Counted from the first letter of the stretch, positions 24,378 to 39,190 are shown. The stretch is 64,000 nucleotides of DNA from Eledone cirrhosa (GCA_964016885.1 OZ024752.1:20088001-20152000); one strand, 5' to 3'. Translations and numbers: made by a program. The notes: generated by a model not told the origin, from the sequence alone.

Positions 24378-27300
24378 TTAGGAGAGATGGTCACCAGTTT
24401 AGAAGGCTGCGTTGTTTTATGATTTAGAGGGAAGTTCGTTTCCCTAGCTTGGCTGCTAGAACATCAGGTGTGTGTGCGAAAGAAAATAACAGGGGCGTTT
24501 GTGGCTCAGGTGTGATAGCGTCTGTGTCCAAATGTGCTCGTTTGAGTCGATCAATAGAAACCGTCTCTCTGGAACCCTTAATGTCTACAGTGAAATGTTT
24601 CTCGGAACGAGCTAATACACGGTAGGGTCCAGAGTACGGTTGTGTGAGAGGTGGTCTCACAGCATCGTTTCTCACGAACACATGGGTCCACGGGGCAATA
24701 TCCCTCGGGACTGCAGATTTTACAGTTTGCTTCCTCGTATCCATCGGCTGCAGGTCCTGAAAATAGGAACGCAGACAGGATACGTAGGAAAGCGGATCTT
24801 GTGCAGCAAGATCGACAGGGGCAGGCATTTGCCCAGGTAACGCTAGAGGAGCACCATATAATAATTCGGCCGGGGAGAACCCAAGGTCCTCCTTTATTGT
24901 TGACCAAAACCCCAACAACACAATAGGGAGGTACTTGCTCCAACGTGTAGAGTCAGGAGAAGTCCATAGAGCGGCTTTTAGTTGTCAGTGGAAACGTTCC
25001 ACCATTCCATTAGAGGCAGGATGATATGCAGTCGTTCGGATGCGTTTAGCGCCAATGATTTTCATTAATTCATGGAAGAGATTCGATTCAAACTGCCTTC
25101 CACGGTCCGTGGTAATTGACGTTGGTACTCCATATCGAGCGATCCATCCAGACACTAGGGCACGCGCTGTCGTCTCAGCAGTGATATCTTTCAAGGGGAT
25201 GGCTTCAGGCCATCGCGAAAAATGATCGATAACAGTTAATATGTAATTATGACTGCCGCTGAATGGCCAAGGTCCCACAATGTCCACATGAATGTGGCGA
25301 AACCGAGCGTCCGGGTTACTAAAAATACCTAGAGGAGTCTTAACATGCCTGTGAACTTTTGATTTCTGGCAAGCAACACAGGAACGGCACCAAACTAATA
25401 TCACGTCTCATATTTGTCCAGAAGAATTTAGCCGTTATTAGTTTTACTGTGGCAGAAGATCCTGGATGTGAAATGCCGTGTAAAACAAGAAACACAGTTT
25501 GACGATGATTCAACAGAACAAAAGGGCGTGGCGCATCCAAAGAGACGTCGCAGAGGATCCGTCCGTCTGCGGTCAATAATGGTAGGTTTTTCATCCTGCA
25601 ATTCACAAATTCAGATGATGCAACATCCAACGATTCGATAGTAGGCTGTTCGGCTGCCAAGTGATTCAAATCTATGTCATCGGACGACAAGGTCGAAGCA
25701 ATCGGCAAACGAGACAGGGCGTCGGCCGCTGTATTCATATAACCCGGAATATGTTGAATATCATTAGTAAATTGAGAGATGAGGTCGAGATGTCTAGTTT
25801 CTCTGGGCGAGTATTTGTTGGCTTTTGCTTGCCAGGTGAATGTCAACGGCTTGTGGTCCGTGAAGATGGTGAACATTCTTCCTTCAAACATGTGCGAAAA
25901 ATGCTTCACCGATAAGTATATAGCTAACAACTCCCGTCCAAAGGTGCTGTAGCGGGTTTCGGCAGGTTTCAGCTTCCTGGAGAAAAATTCCAACGGTTGC
26001 TGTTGATCATTCCTACTTTGTTGCAAAACTGCGCCCACGGCATTATCCGACGCATCAACACAGCGAAAGCTTAACATTGGACACTGGGTGAGCCAGCAAA
26101 GATGCATTGGCTAAAGCAATTTTCGCATTCTCAAAATCCTCGAGCTGAGTTTCATTCAAAGAAATATCTTTATTTTTCTTTCGACAATTTTTCAAAATTT
26201 CCGTCAAAGAGAAGAGTAGCTTAGCACAATTAGGCACAAACCACCTATAAAAATTAATCAGCCCCAAGAATTGGCATAACTGACGGAGTGAGGTTGGTGG
26301 AGGCAAATCCTCTATAGCTTTAACTCTCTCAGGAATAGGTTGAATACCGTCAGAGTCAATGACGTGGCCCCAAAAATTCAGAGATTCGGAACCAAAAACA
26401 CATTTTGATGGATTAATCCGAACATTATAATCCTTCAAACGACAAAATAGAAGGTTCAGATGGCGCAAATGTTGCTCTGGAGAAGAGCTAGCAACAAGAA
26501 GATCATCAATATATGTGTATACACAATCTAGGCCGTGAGTGATCTCATCCATAAATCGCTGGAAGGTGCTAGCAGCATTCCTTAACCCGAAAGGCATGGT
26601 GAGAAATTCAAAAGATCCAAATGGCGTAGTTATAGCCATTTTCGGGATGTCGTCTCTGTTGACAGGAATCTGGTTGAAGGCTCGTATCAAATCGAGTTTC
26701 GAAAAAATGTTACAACCTTGCAACGAGGATGAAAAATCCTGCAGAAGAGGGATAGGATACCGATCCGGTATGGTCATCGAGTTCAATCGTCTATAATCCC
26801 CTGTGGGTCTCCAATCGCCAGAAGATTTTGGCACCATATGCAATGGAGATGCCCATGGGCTTGTGGAAGGACGAATAATTCCGAGCTGTAGCATATGATC
26901 GAACTCGGACCGTGCTGCTTTCAGTTTGTCCGCTGGCAATCGACGGGGACGCGAAAAAACTGGAGCGCCAGTAGTAGTAATGAAATGCTCCGTGGCGTGG
27001 TTCGGATCAGTGACTCTAAAATTTCCATGAGTCAGTTGCGGGAACGATTTCAACAATCCATGATATGGGTTTCCGGAGTTAGCGATGAAGAATGTCGGGC
27101 TAACTGTAGAAACTTCTGCTGTCCTGCCACAAAGAGAAAAACCAGTAATATCGTCGACTAGGCATTGGTGACGGACGTCAAAGAAAAATGGTGCAGGAAG
27201 TCCGCACCCAAAATCGGGTATGGCAGGTCGGCAACAGTGAAAACCCATTTGAAATCCCGACAAAGATTTCGAAACTGAAGAGGAAGCGAGATCTGTCCAA

Positions 27301-27448
27301 AAGTTCGGATTGGTGACTGGTTGACAGCTTGCAATTCAATCGACGACTTGGGAGGAGTTACTGTCATACTGCACGAAGCTCCTGTGTCTACGAGGAAGGC
27401 TCTTCCAGACAGGAGGTCCTCTATGAAGAAATGGCGGTTCTGTTGTGT
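24378..27448 (-). pseudogene. Ty3/Gypsy pol fragment without LTRs, multiple frameshifts
   Basis: Protease FLVDTGAS near 27400, RT YIDD with [12 protein letters not shown], RNase H VDASD, integrase HVDIVGP...TDRG...MVERFH, GPY motif PYSGPY. Confidence 0.93.
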
Positions 27449-27470
27449 CTACCATTATATTACATACTAG

Positions 27471-27656
27471 GGCGGTGGATTGGCAGTATCGGTAGAGGGT
27501 CGGACGCCATGCTTTGATGCATAGAGTTACGGCCCTTGCCATTCTGAGTTCAAATCCCGCCGAGGTTAACTTTGCCTTTCATCCTTACGGGGTCAATAAA
27601 ATAAAGTACCAGTAATGTACTGAGTAATTTCTGGCCTTGTGCCAATAGTAGAAACA
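27471..27656 (+). mobile_element. Meta-like tRNA SINE in satellite
   Basis: Family match; TSD ATTATATTACATACTAG. Confidence 0.88.
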
Positions 27657-30275
27657 ATTATATTACATACTAGACTACCATTACATACTAGACTACCATT
27701 ACATACTAGACTACCATTACATACTAGACTACCATTACATACTAGACTACCATTACATACTAGACTACCATTACATACTAGACAACCATTAAATACTAGA
27801 CTACCATTACATACTAGACTACCATTATATACTAGACTACCATTACATACTAGACTACCATTCCATACTAGACTACCATTACATACTAGACTACCATTAC
27901 ATACTAGACTGCCATTACATACTAGACTACCATTACATACTAGACTACCATTACATACTAGACTACCATTATATACTAGACTGCCATTACATACTAGACT
28001 ACCATTCCATACTAGACTACCATTACATACTAGACTACCATTACATACTAGACTGCCATTACATACTAGACTACCATTACATACTAGACTACCATTACAT
28101 ACTAGACTACCATTACATACTAGACTGCCATTACATACTAGACTACCATTACATACTAGACTACCATTACATACTAGACTACCATTACATACTAGACTAC
28201 CATTACATGCTAGACTACCATTATATTACATACTAGACTACCATTACATACTAGACTAGCATTACATACTAGACTACCATTACATACTAGACTACCATTA
28301 CATACTAGACTACCATTACATACTAGACTACCATTACATACTAGACTACCATTACATACTAGACTACCATTACATACTAGACTACCATTACATACTAGAC
28401 TACCATTATATACTAGACTACCATTACATACTACACTGCCATTATATACTAGACTACCATTACATACTAGACTACCATTACATACTAGACTACCATTACA
28501 TACTAGACTACCATTATATACTAGACTACCATTACATACTAGACTACCATTACATACTAGACTACCATTACATACTAGACTACCATTACATACTACACTG
28601 CCATTATATACTAGACTACCATTACATACTAGACTACCATTACATACTAGACTACCATTACATACTAGACTACCATTATATACTAGACTACCATTACATA
28701 CTAGACTACCATTACATACTAGACTACCATTACATACTAGACTACCATTATATACTAGACTACCATTAAATACTAGACTACCATTAAATACTAGACTACC
28801 ATTACATACTAGACTACCATTACATACTAGACTACCATTACATACTAGACTACCATTACATACTAGACTACCATTACATACTAGACTACCATTACATACT
28901 AGACTACCATTACATACTAGACTGCCATTACATACTAGACTACCATTACATACTAGACTACCATTACATACTAGACTACCATTACATACTAGACTACCAT
29001 TACATACTAGACTACCATTACATACTAGACTACCATTACATACTAGACTACCATTATATACTAGACTACCATTACATACTAGACAACCATTACATACTAG
29101 ACTAACATTATATACTAGACTACCATTACATACTAGACTACCATTACATACTAGACTACCATTACATACTAGACTACCATTACATACTAGACTACCATTA
29201 CATACTAGACTACCATTATATACTAGACTACCATTACATACTAGACTACCATTACATACTAGACTACCATTACATACTAGACTACCATTATATACTAGAC
29301 TAACATTATATACTAGACTACCATTATATACTAGACTAACATTATATTATATACTAAAGACGGCGGATTGGCAGTATCGGAAGAGGGTCGGACGCCATGC
29401 TTTCCAGCATAGTTACGTCCCTTTACGATCTGAGTTCAAATCCCGCCGAGGTTGACTTTGCCTTTCATCCTTACGGGGTCGATAAAATAAAGTAGCAGTA
29501 ATGTACTGGGTGATTGCTGGCCTTGTGCCAAAAGTAGAAAAAAATTATATTATATACTAGACTACCATTATATACTAGACTACCATTACATACTAGACTA
29601 CCATTACATGCTAGACTACCATTATATTACATACTAGACTACCATTACATACTAGACTACCATTATATTACATACTAGACTACCATTACATACTAGACTA
29701 CCATTATATTACATACTAGACTACCATTATATACTAGACTACCATTCCATACTAGACTACCATTCCATACTAGACTACCATTATATTAAATACTAGACTA
29801 CCATTACATACTACACTACCATTATATTAAATACTAGACTACCATTCCATACTAGACTACCATTACATACTAGACTACCATTATATTAAATACTAGACTA
29901 CCATTATATTAAATACTAGACTACCATTATATTAAATACTAGACTACCATTCCATACTACACTACCATTAGTAATACACTGGGTAATTGCTGGCCTTGTG
30001 CCTAAAGTAGAAACAATTATATTAAATACTAGACTACCATTATATACTAGACTACCATTCCATACTAGACTATCATTATATACTAGATTACCATTATATT
30101 AAATACTAGACTACCATTCCATACTAGACTACCATTATATTAAATACTAGACTACCATTCCATACTAGACTACCATTATATTAAATACTAGACTACCATT
30201 CCATACTAGACTACCATTATATTAAATACTAGACTACCATTCCATACTAGACAACCATTATATTAAATGCTAGAC
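27657..30275. repeat. 18-bp satellite CCATTACATACTAGACTA (short arrays also at ~22960-23175 and 24290-24376)
   Basis: Direct reading; LPLHTR periodicity in the ORF track; 23-bp variant units are concentrated toward the right end. Confidence 0.96.
29359..29544 (+). mobile_element. Meta-like tRNA SINE in satellite
   Basis: Family match; TSD ATTATATTATATACTA. Confidence 0.86.
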
Positions 30276-30598
30276 CAACCGTGACCCATTGGGTCATGCT
30301 TATTTCAAAATATTTTTTTAAATCATGTTCACTTAAAAATAGTTTTTAAATAATTAAAATATACACAGACATGTATGTAATGTGAAATGAAACTGGAAGG
30401 CCCAATATATATACATGTGTGTACGATTATATATAAATGTGTGTGTGTATACATATATATATGTGTGTGTGTGTATCACACATATATATACACACACACT
30501 CACATATATTTACACAACAACACCATCAGTTCTCTCTCTCTCTTCCATTCCCCTTCTCTGTCTCCTCTCCCTCTCTCTATGTCTCTCTTTCAATCTAC

Positions 30599-31495
30599 TC
30601 TCTCACAACCACTATCCTTTTTGCTCTAGCCTTCTCTCTCTATTTATGAAGGTACCCAGAAAACCCCGTATCTCAGGAACCCGTGCTCCAATTTATGCGT
30701 AATTTGTTTTATTCCATCTGTAATCCCATTTCAGGGCAACTTCCTTTCAAAGTATTTTCCAATTATGCTCCCTTTTGGCTGTATTACATTACAGACAAGC
30801 AAGCAATCACAGAGTTTTAGTAGTATATAGATGTATATATATATACACACATATACTACTAGCATAGTACCTGGTTAAATGAAGGAGTTTATAGTTTCTT
30901 CCTCAATCACTTATTCCTGAGGGAAGTCATGGAGACAAAGTTCTCACTTGTTTTCCAGAAGGTCCTATCAGAAGCAACCATTTCCAAATAATCCAGCTGG
31001 ACCTCCAAGCATGACCAACCAAGCTTATGGATCTTATCCAACTATCTTACTCATGGTCTACCTCTAAATCTCCTGCTTGTTGACTTTACCTATAAAATCT
31101 GTGCAGCGATTCTTTCCTTAAACCCTCTAATCATATGTCCATCGTACCAGAGATGTGATCTGTTTCTGCTGTGACTTTTCACAGTAGTGGATGAGGGTAT
31201 AGGATAGTCTGCTTGTAATGGGGGTTGAATGTATAGAGTGGCCTGTATAGAGTGGTGTATGAGTATATAGGGTGGCCTACTTGCAGTGGTATATGAACAT
31301 ATAGGTTGGCCTACTTGCAGTGGTATATGAACATATAGAGTGGCCTGTTTACAGTGGTTTATGAACATATAGAGTGGCCTGTTTACAGTGGTGGATGAAT
31401 CTTTTCCAGTACTGCAAGTTGCCAATCATCTTGATTGTTTGTTATCTCTGTCATATATTTTGGCACCTGCACCAACACTACAACTACTGCTGCTG

Positions 31496-31536
<41 letters not shown>

Positions 31537-33453
31537 GCCATCACCATCCAAGTACAAATAACAAAGCTTTAAGTATGATAAAGAAGAACTTGAACAAACC
31601 ACACACTATATAACTCACACATCACATAATCTACATAATCGCTGCCTATTGAGATAATATAACCCATACATCACGCAATCTTCCTCTATTGTGGCTTATT
31701 GACAATGACAAGCCTTACATGACACAATCACCACTCAATAAAAGAACAGATCACATGTTATTATATAAACGGCACTGGACTCTACTGCCAATACCTCACA
31801 CACCACCACACACCCACTGAATGCATATTCTAAAAAATTGTCATTAAATAATATAACACAGCCCACGTACAACATACCACATTCTTGACAGAACACCACT
31901 TGAGACTATAACACCTAACTCTTACTGTCCTGTACCACATAAAGACACATTAGCAAGAGACAATCTCAAAAAGAACAAAACAACTCTATGACTGCAGCAC
32001 ATTAAAAATTAATGTCTTTTATTTAGTCTACTGTAAATTTATGCAACAACCTGTCCTCTGGTGTGTTGGACTACCGTTAGTTCTGACAATATGTGTTCCA
32101 ATTGTATAAACAATGGAACAGCCTGCTTATGAAATAATGTGTAATTGACTGAGCATTCCACAGACGCATCTGCTCCTAATGTAGTTCTCTGGGAAGTTAA
32201 GCACGACGCAGTGTGTTATAAGGACACAACTCATTTTTGCCAGCTGCATGAAGCAACATGAAATCAAGTGTCATGATGAAGGACACAATGCACCACAGGT
32301 CATTGAACTCATGACGTTACAATCCTAAGCTGAACGCACAAAGCCACATATATTTACTGTGTATGTCCTGTAACTCTTGATAGAGTCATAGGGGCGCTTT
32401 AGTGGCATATAGTGTTTCTAGGGCATTTTTAAACCTGGCGAAACTCATCCCTCTCCAGGCCTGAACACATCAGATTTCTTCCAGAGAAGGATAGAAAGTG
32501 TTAAGAGAAGCAAATGAACCTACCTTGCGTCTCTGCTTGAATTCAGACTGTCAACTGCACCGATGTCCTCTCTCACAACCACTATCCTTTTTGCTCTATC
32601 CTTCTCTCTCTATTTATGAAGATACCCCGTATCTCAGGAACCCCGTATCTCAGGAACCCGTGCTCCAATTTATGCGTAATTTGTTTTATTCCATTTGTAT
32701 TCCCATTTCAGGGCAACTTCCTTTCAAAGTATTTTCCAATCATGCTCCCTTTTGGCTGTATTACATTACAGACAAGCAAGCAATCACAGAGTTTTAGTAG
32801 TATATAGATGTATATATATATACACACATATACTACTAGCATAGTACCTGGTTAAATGAAGGAGTTTATAGTTTCTTCCTCAATCATTTATTCCTGGGGG
32901 AAGTCATGGAGACAAAGTTCTTACTTGTTTTCCAGAGGGTCCTATCAGAAGCAACCATTTCCAAATAATCCAGCTGGACCTCCAAGCATGACCAACCAAG
33001 CTTATGGATCTTATCCAACTATCTTACTCATGGTCTACCTCTAAATCTCCTGCTTGTTGACTTTACCTATAAAATCTGTGCAGCGATTCTTTCCTTAAAC
33101 CCTCTAATCATATGTCCATCGTACCAGAGATGTGATCTGTTTCTGCTGTGACTTTTCACAGTAGTGGATGAGGGTATAGGATAGTCTGCTTGTAATGGGG
33201 GTTGAATGTATAGAGTGGCCTGTATAGAGTGGTGTATGAGTATATAGGGTGGCCTACTTGCAGTGGTATATGAACATATAGGGTGGCCTACTTGCAGTGG
33301 TTTATGAACATATAGAGTGGCCTGTTTACAGTGGTGGATGAATCTTTTCCAGTACTGCAAGTTGCCAATCATCTTGATTGTTTGTTATCTCTGTCATATA
33401 TTTTGGCATCTACACCAACACTACAACTACTGCTGCTGTTGTTGCTGCTGCTG

Positions 33454-33494
<41 letters not shown>

Positions 33495-33950
33495 GCCATC
33501 ACCATCCAAGTACAAATAACAAAGCTTTAAGTATGATAAAGAAGAACTTAAGCAAACCACACACTATATAACTCACACATCACATAATCTACATAATCGC
33601 TGCCTATTGAGATAATATAACCCATACATCACGCAATCTTCCTCTATTGTGGCCTATTGACAATGACAAGCCTTACATCACACATTGAACTCATGACATT
33701 ACAATCCTAAGCTGAATGCACAAAGCCACATATATTTACTGTGTATGTCCTGTAACTCTTGATAGAGTCATAGGGGCGCTTTAGTGGCATATAGTGTTTC
33801 TAGGACATTTTTAAACCTGGCGAAACTCATCCCTCTCCAGGCCTGAACACATCAGATTTCTTCCAGAGAAGGATAGAAAGTGTTAAGAGAAGCAAATGAA
33901 CCTACCTTGCGTCTCTGCTTGAATTCAGACTATCAACTGCACCGATGTCC
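30599..33950. repeat. ~1970-bp tandem duplication; second copy has an internal deletion
   Basis: 30599-31725 matches 32569-33683; 32302-32568 matches 33683-33950; duplicated ORF translations. Confidence 0.9.
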
Positions 33951-34602
33951 ACGTGACTTACGTCCGCCAAGAAATACAGAGCCTCTCTTGCACACAATCA
34001 TAGCACATCCTCACCAGACCACGACCTGATGAAAAAGAGGCAGTGACAGACACGTGATCCCTGACATGATGTCACTGGGCCCTCGCTTCCAGCAAGACCT
34101 TCCCCATACTTTCGACACTGCTTTTTCAGCAGCCCCACAGAAAGGGAGACAGAGAGAGAAAATGAGAAAGAGATATAGAGAAAGAATTGACCCCAGTACT
34201 AGACTGGTACTTTTTTATCGACCTCAAAAGGAGGAAAGGCAAAGTTGAACTCAGAGAACAGACAGCAGCAACCAATATTGCAAAGCATTCTATCTGATGT
34301 TCTAATGACTCTATTCACTAGTAAAGATTCTATAAAACTTTGAAATAACTAAACTGGTTTTAAATGTTTTCTGCTAAATCATTACAGGGCGTTAACAGTT
34401 AATACTACTTATGCAACATACATAAAACACAATCACTGATCATCCAACTCCAACTCCAACAATACATATTCTATACATTGAAAAGATAATGATGCACACA
34501 TTTGAAGAACATAACAGTGCACTGTCTGAAGCAGTGGAAACTCATGGGAAACTGTTGAAAACAGGGTTATTTTTATTAGCCACAAGGTCTTGCACATATA
34601 AT

Positions 34603-34787
34603 TGTTTCTACTTTTTGGCACAAGGCCAGCAATTATCCCAGTGTATTACTGGTACTTTTATTTTATCGACCCCATAAGGATGAAAGGCAAAGTTAACCTC
34701 GGCGAGATTTGAACTCAGTCCGAAAAGGGACATAACTGTGCTGCAAAGCATGGCGTCCGACCCTCTACCGATACTGCCAATCCACCA
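34603..34787 (-). mobile_element. Meta-like tRNA SINE
   Basis: Reverse family match; TSD CTTGCACATATAAT at 34589-34602 and 34788-34801. Confidence 0.88.
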
Positions 34788-37029
34788 CTTGCACATATAA
34801 TAAACATTAAAAACATCTGCTCTAAGCCAAAAGCTCATCAAGCTTTATTCTTGGTTTCCTTGACATTCTTGTACTGAGAGTACAAGACTCTCTCTGGACA
34901 GGATACTGGTCTACCACAGAATTAACTCCCCAGCTACTGCTGGTTCTCACTCTCAGCTGAGTATACTGGAGCAATGTGAAATAAAATGTTTTTGTTCAAG
35001 AACACAATGCAATACCCAGTCCAGGAATTGAACCTACAACATTATGATTGAACATTTGCACAAGGTGTCACACAGAAGAATAGAACATGAAACCTTGTAG
35101 TCACAAATCAAACTTCTTAACCACACATCCACATCTGCTCCTATAATCTATTATAATATATAATTGTTTCTACTTTTGGCACAAGGCCAGCAATTATCCC
35201 AGCGTATTACTGGTACTTTATTTTATTGACCCCTGTAAGGATGAAAGGCAAAGTTAACCTCGGTGGGATTTGAACTTGGACCATAACGGGTCTGAGTTAT
35301 AGTTATTATAATTTTGCCTTTTATCCTTACAGGGTCGATAAAATAAAGCACCAGTAATGTACTGGGTAATTGCTGGCCTTGTGCCAAAAGTAAAAACAAT
35401 TATAATTATTATAGTTATTATAATATATAATAACTATAATCTAGCTTAATCCCCCACCACAATGTCAGCCTGACTTCACATCAACAGTTCATCTGAAATA
35501 TCACTGACAGATATATATTAATCCTATCTAAATCTCATTGATCAATAGTGTCAGGGATTATCTCTGAAATATGAGAGATAAATATCCTCCTGGATGGGAT
35601 ACTATGGATATTGCTGCTAACTTTCCCCATGTGCTACAAACATGCAGCAACAGAATATTGTCCATTTCCTCAGTGCTACTGACAATAGTGAAGTATAACC
35701 ACTTTGTGGTAACAACTTAGTCATTGAAGAATCCTTTACATGGTCATTCAACCAGCCAGAAATAGTAGCCAAATTTTCCTTAATTCATACCCTAACATCT
35801 TAATAATCCTTTTGATACCAGTCCGGGTTTTATGATGCAAAACTGTTTTATATAAAACTTTCCATCATAATTTTGTGTAATAACATTTGTTTTAAACCTC
35901 AGCTTAATAATGAGAAAGTTAGATATATTAATAACTCCCTCAAAATTCTTGATTATTTTCAAAATCATTTGAAAATCATAGGCAGTGTGTTTTATTATAA
36001 ATATGGCAATGAAAGAGTTAAACATAAGATGCATTATATGCTGAAGAGGTGGGATGGTCATGACTGAAGCACCTCTGATCATAGGTTTGCTCAATCACAG
36101 TTGGTGTAGGGCTAGATAAAAACAACCAACTAACAGCTAAATAGACTGGACTCTAGACAATTAAGTTTCTTGGTCATGGACACAGTACATACTGTGGTAT
36201 CTACTTACAGCTAGGTGGAGTGGACTGTTGATCTAAGCATCTAGGTTATAGACACAATATAGTGAACTACACCACACTGTGGTACCTACTTACAGCTAGG
36301 TGGACTGAGATAGATAGTTAAACATCTTGATCAAGAATATATCACAATACTAGGAATATTGTATCTCAGATTGCTAGATTAACTGTTCTGATACCAAAGT
36401 ACCGGAAGTCACCCCTGCTTCTATAATATAATGTCATCTATTTAAAAGAATTTGTATTTAAATCCAAACTTTCCATCAACATTATGCTAATTTATGTTCC
36501 AAAACTTGCTTAATTTAGGTAAAAGGCCTACGATTTGGGGAGAGTGACAAATCATTTACATTGACCCAGTACTTAACTGGTATTTATTTTTATAGAACCC
36601 AGAAGAATAGAAGGTAAAGTTGACTTCTGAGAGATTTGAACTCAGAATTTAGAGAGCTGGAATAACTGCTGCAAAGCATTTTGTACACCATTCTAATGAT
36701 TCTGCTAATCAACAACTCTTAATAATGGTTTTTATTTAGGCACAAGGCCAGCAATTTTGGGGAAGTGGAAAGTTGACCCCAGTGCGTTACTGATAGTTTA
36801 TTTTATCGACCCTGTAAGGAAGAAAGGCAAAGCTAACCTTAGTAGGATTGGAACACAGAATGTAAAGGGCCATAAGTCTATGCCACAAACCATGTTATCC
36901 GATGCTCTACCAATACTGCAAATCTACCGCCCTTAACCACCCTTAATAAGGAGAAAGTTAAATAAAGTTAACTATATTACTAAATCCCTACAAATTCTTG
37001 ATAATTTTTTTTAATTATTTGAAAATTAT

Positions 37030-37633
37030 CTTTCATTAGAAATATGGTAACGGAAGGGTTAATGACATAGACAGTGTCTTTATTAGAAATATGGTAACGG
37101 AAGGGTTAATGACATAGACAGTGTCTTTATTAGAAATATGGTAACGGAAGGGTTAATGACATAGACAGTGTCTTTTATTAGAAATATGGTAACGGAAGGG
37201 TTAATGACATAGACAGTGTCTTTCATTAGAAATATGGTAATGGAAGGGTTAATGACATAGACAGTGTTTTTCATTAGAAATATGGTAATGGAAGGGTTAA
37301 TGACATAGACAGTGTCTTTCATTAGAAATATGGTAAAGGAAGGGTTAATGACATAGACAGTGTCTTTTATTAGAAATATGGTAACAGAGGGGTTAATGAC
37401 ATAGACTGTATCTTTTATTAGAAATATGGTAAAGGAAGGGTTAATGACATAGACAGTGTCTTTTATTAGAAATATGGTAACAGAGGGGTTAATGACATAG
37501 ACAGTGTCTTTTATTAGAAATATGGTAACAGAGGGGTTAATGACATAGACAGTGTCTTTATTAGAAATATGGTAACAGAAGGGTTAATGACATAGACAGT
37601 GTCTTTTATTAGAAATATGGTAACGAAAGGGTT
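37030..37633. repeat. 47-48-bp minisatellite, ~12 copies
   Basis: Unit ATTAGAAATATGGTAACGGAAGGGTTAATGACATAGACAGTGTCTTT(T). Confidence 0.92.
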
Positions 37634-38196
37634 CAACATTCCAGTAGTCTAGATATTCAGTTCTACATAACTCCTCACAATTGATGAAGGTTTTGGTAAT
37701 TACTGAAACAATTACCAATTAAAATTGATTGAAATGAATACTAGTTTTCTCTGCAGATTTAACGAGATAATCACTTTAATCAGACATTTATCTGTATAAT
37801 CAAATAAGCTGAGCTTGTTTGTGGCTTTCATTAAGTTAGTCTTTAATAACTTTCTCCCCTCCTCTCTCTTCTCTCTCTCTCTTACCTTCTTTCTCCATAT
37901 CTTTCTCCCTCCTTCCACTCATTTCCTCTCTCTATTCATTGTTTCCTCCTTTTCCCTGTCTTCCTTTGTCTCTTCTCCTTTGCTCTCTCTCTTACACCTT
38001 CCCTCTTTTGTTCTTCTCTTCAGTGGGTTTGATGGGTCTTCTCCAGTACAGCATCACCACCACTTGTTGCAGTCCTTTGTCATCTTCTTTGTGAGGGCCT
38101 AGACTCCTGAGATCACCTTTCATCACCTTTTCTCATTTCATCCTTGCTCCCCTTCTTCCACAGATCTTGCCACTTAGATCTCTTGACACACACACA

Positions 38197-38260
<64 letters not shown>

Positions 38261-38966
38261 GATGAAGCCTTGTCTGGAGAGTAGGAAGCATTGTGAATGA
38301 GTGATATGCCTTTATTTGCTAAAAGCAGTTGAGCCAGGGTGTTGTCAGGATGCAGCTGCCAATTTTGCATGGCCTACAAATCCAATCTCATGTTGAACTA
38401 TACTATCATTGAAGACATCAAAGGACCTCCTGATAGTGCTCCCATCTACCTGTTTGTCCTTCTGGTGCATATCCATGATGCACAACGCCCTGGGAGTCAA
38501 AGAAAACAATCAGTATCATAAAGACCTACTAGGTTCATGCTTGGGAAGTAAATAATGTCTCAAAGTATCAGACATAAGTCCTTCATCAGGAAGGAGCAAA
38601 GTTCAGAGAGAGTAAGAGAGAGAGATGGTTGAAAAAATGGACACATATGTCAGTGTGTGATTAAGAAGTTTGATTCTCTACTACATAGTTTTGAGTTCAG
38701 TCCCCCTGTGTTACACCGTGGGTATGTGACATTTACTATAACCTCGGTTTAATCAATGCCTTCTCAGTAAAATTTGGTCAACAGAAACTGTTTGGAAATC
38801 CACCATATAATATAGGTATATATATATGTGTGTTTTGTCTGAGTTTACATTTGTTGTTTAAATATGCCTTGTAACTTTAGCAGTACAATATATTTAGATC
38901 AATAAAAGTAAATACCAAGCTGTTAAATGAATACATTATCTACTCTGCCATTTTACTTCTAGATAT

Positions 38967-39190
38967 ACAGGGTGAGACTTTAAGTTTTTCCCTGATGATA
39001 AAATACCATATCTCGGATACTATTTGAGATTTTATTTCTTCATTGTTTTAATTTATAAATTTCAAGTTTAAAGGTTTTTCTGGACATATTTTACATTTTC
39101 TCTTCTACAGGAAGTAGTTGTAACTTACAGTAACAAAATGGCATCTATGAAACAAAAAGCTAAGTTTGTTTTGTGGTTTCAAAGACTTTA
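38967..39190 (+). mobile_element. Degenerate Tc1/mariner 5' end
   Basis: TA-CAGGGTG terminus; MASMKQKAKFVLWF resembles a mariner-type transposase N-terminus. Confidence 0.4.

Noticed and set aside
27639-28259. (LPLHTR)n repeat protein or CRISPR-like array
   Set aside because: Head-to-tail satellite with no unique spacers, in a eukaryotic context
34024-34060. CTGATGA hammerhead seed (similar seeds at ~36042, 38992, 42671)
   Set aside because: No helix II followed by GAAA, and no helix I closure
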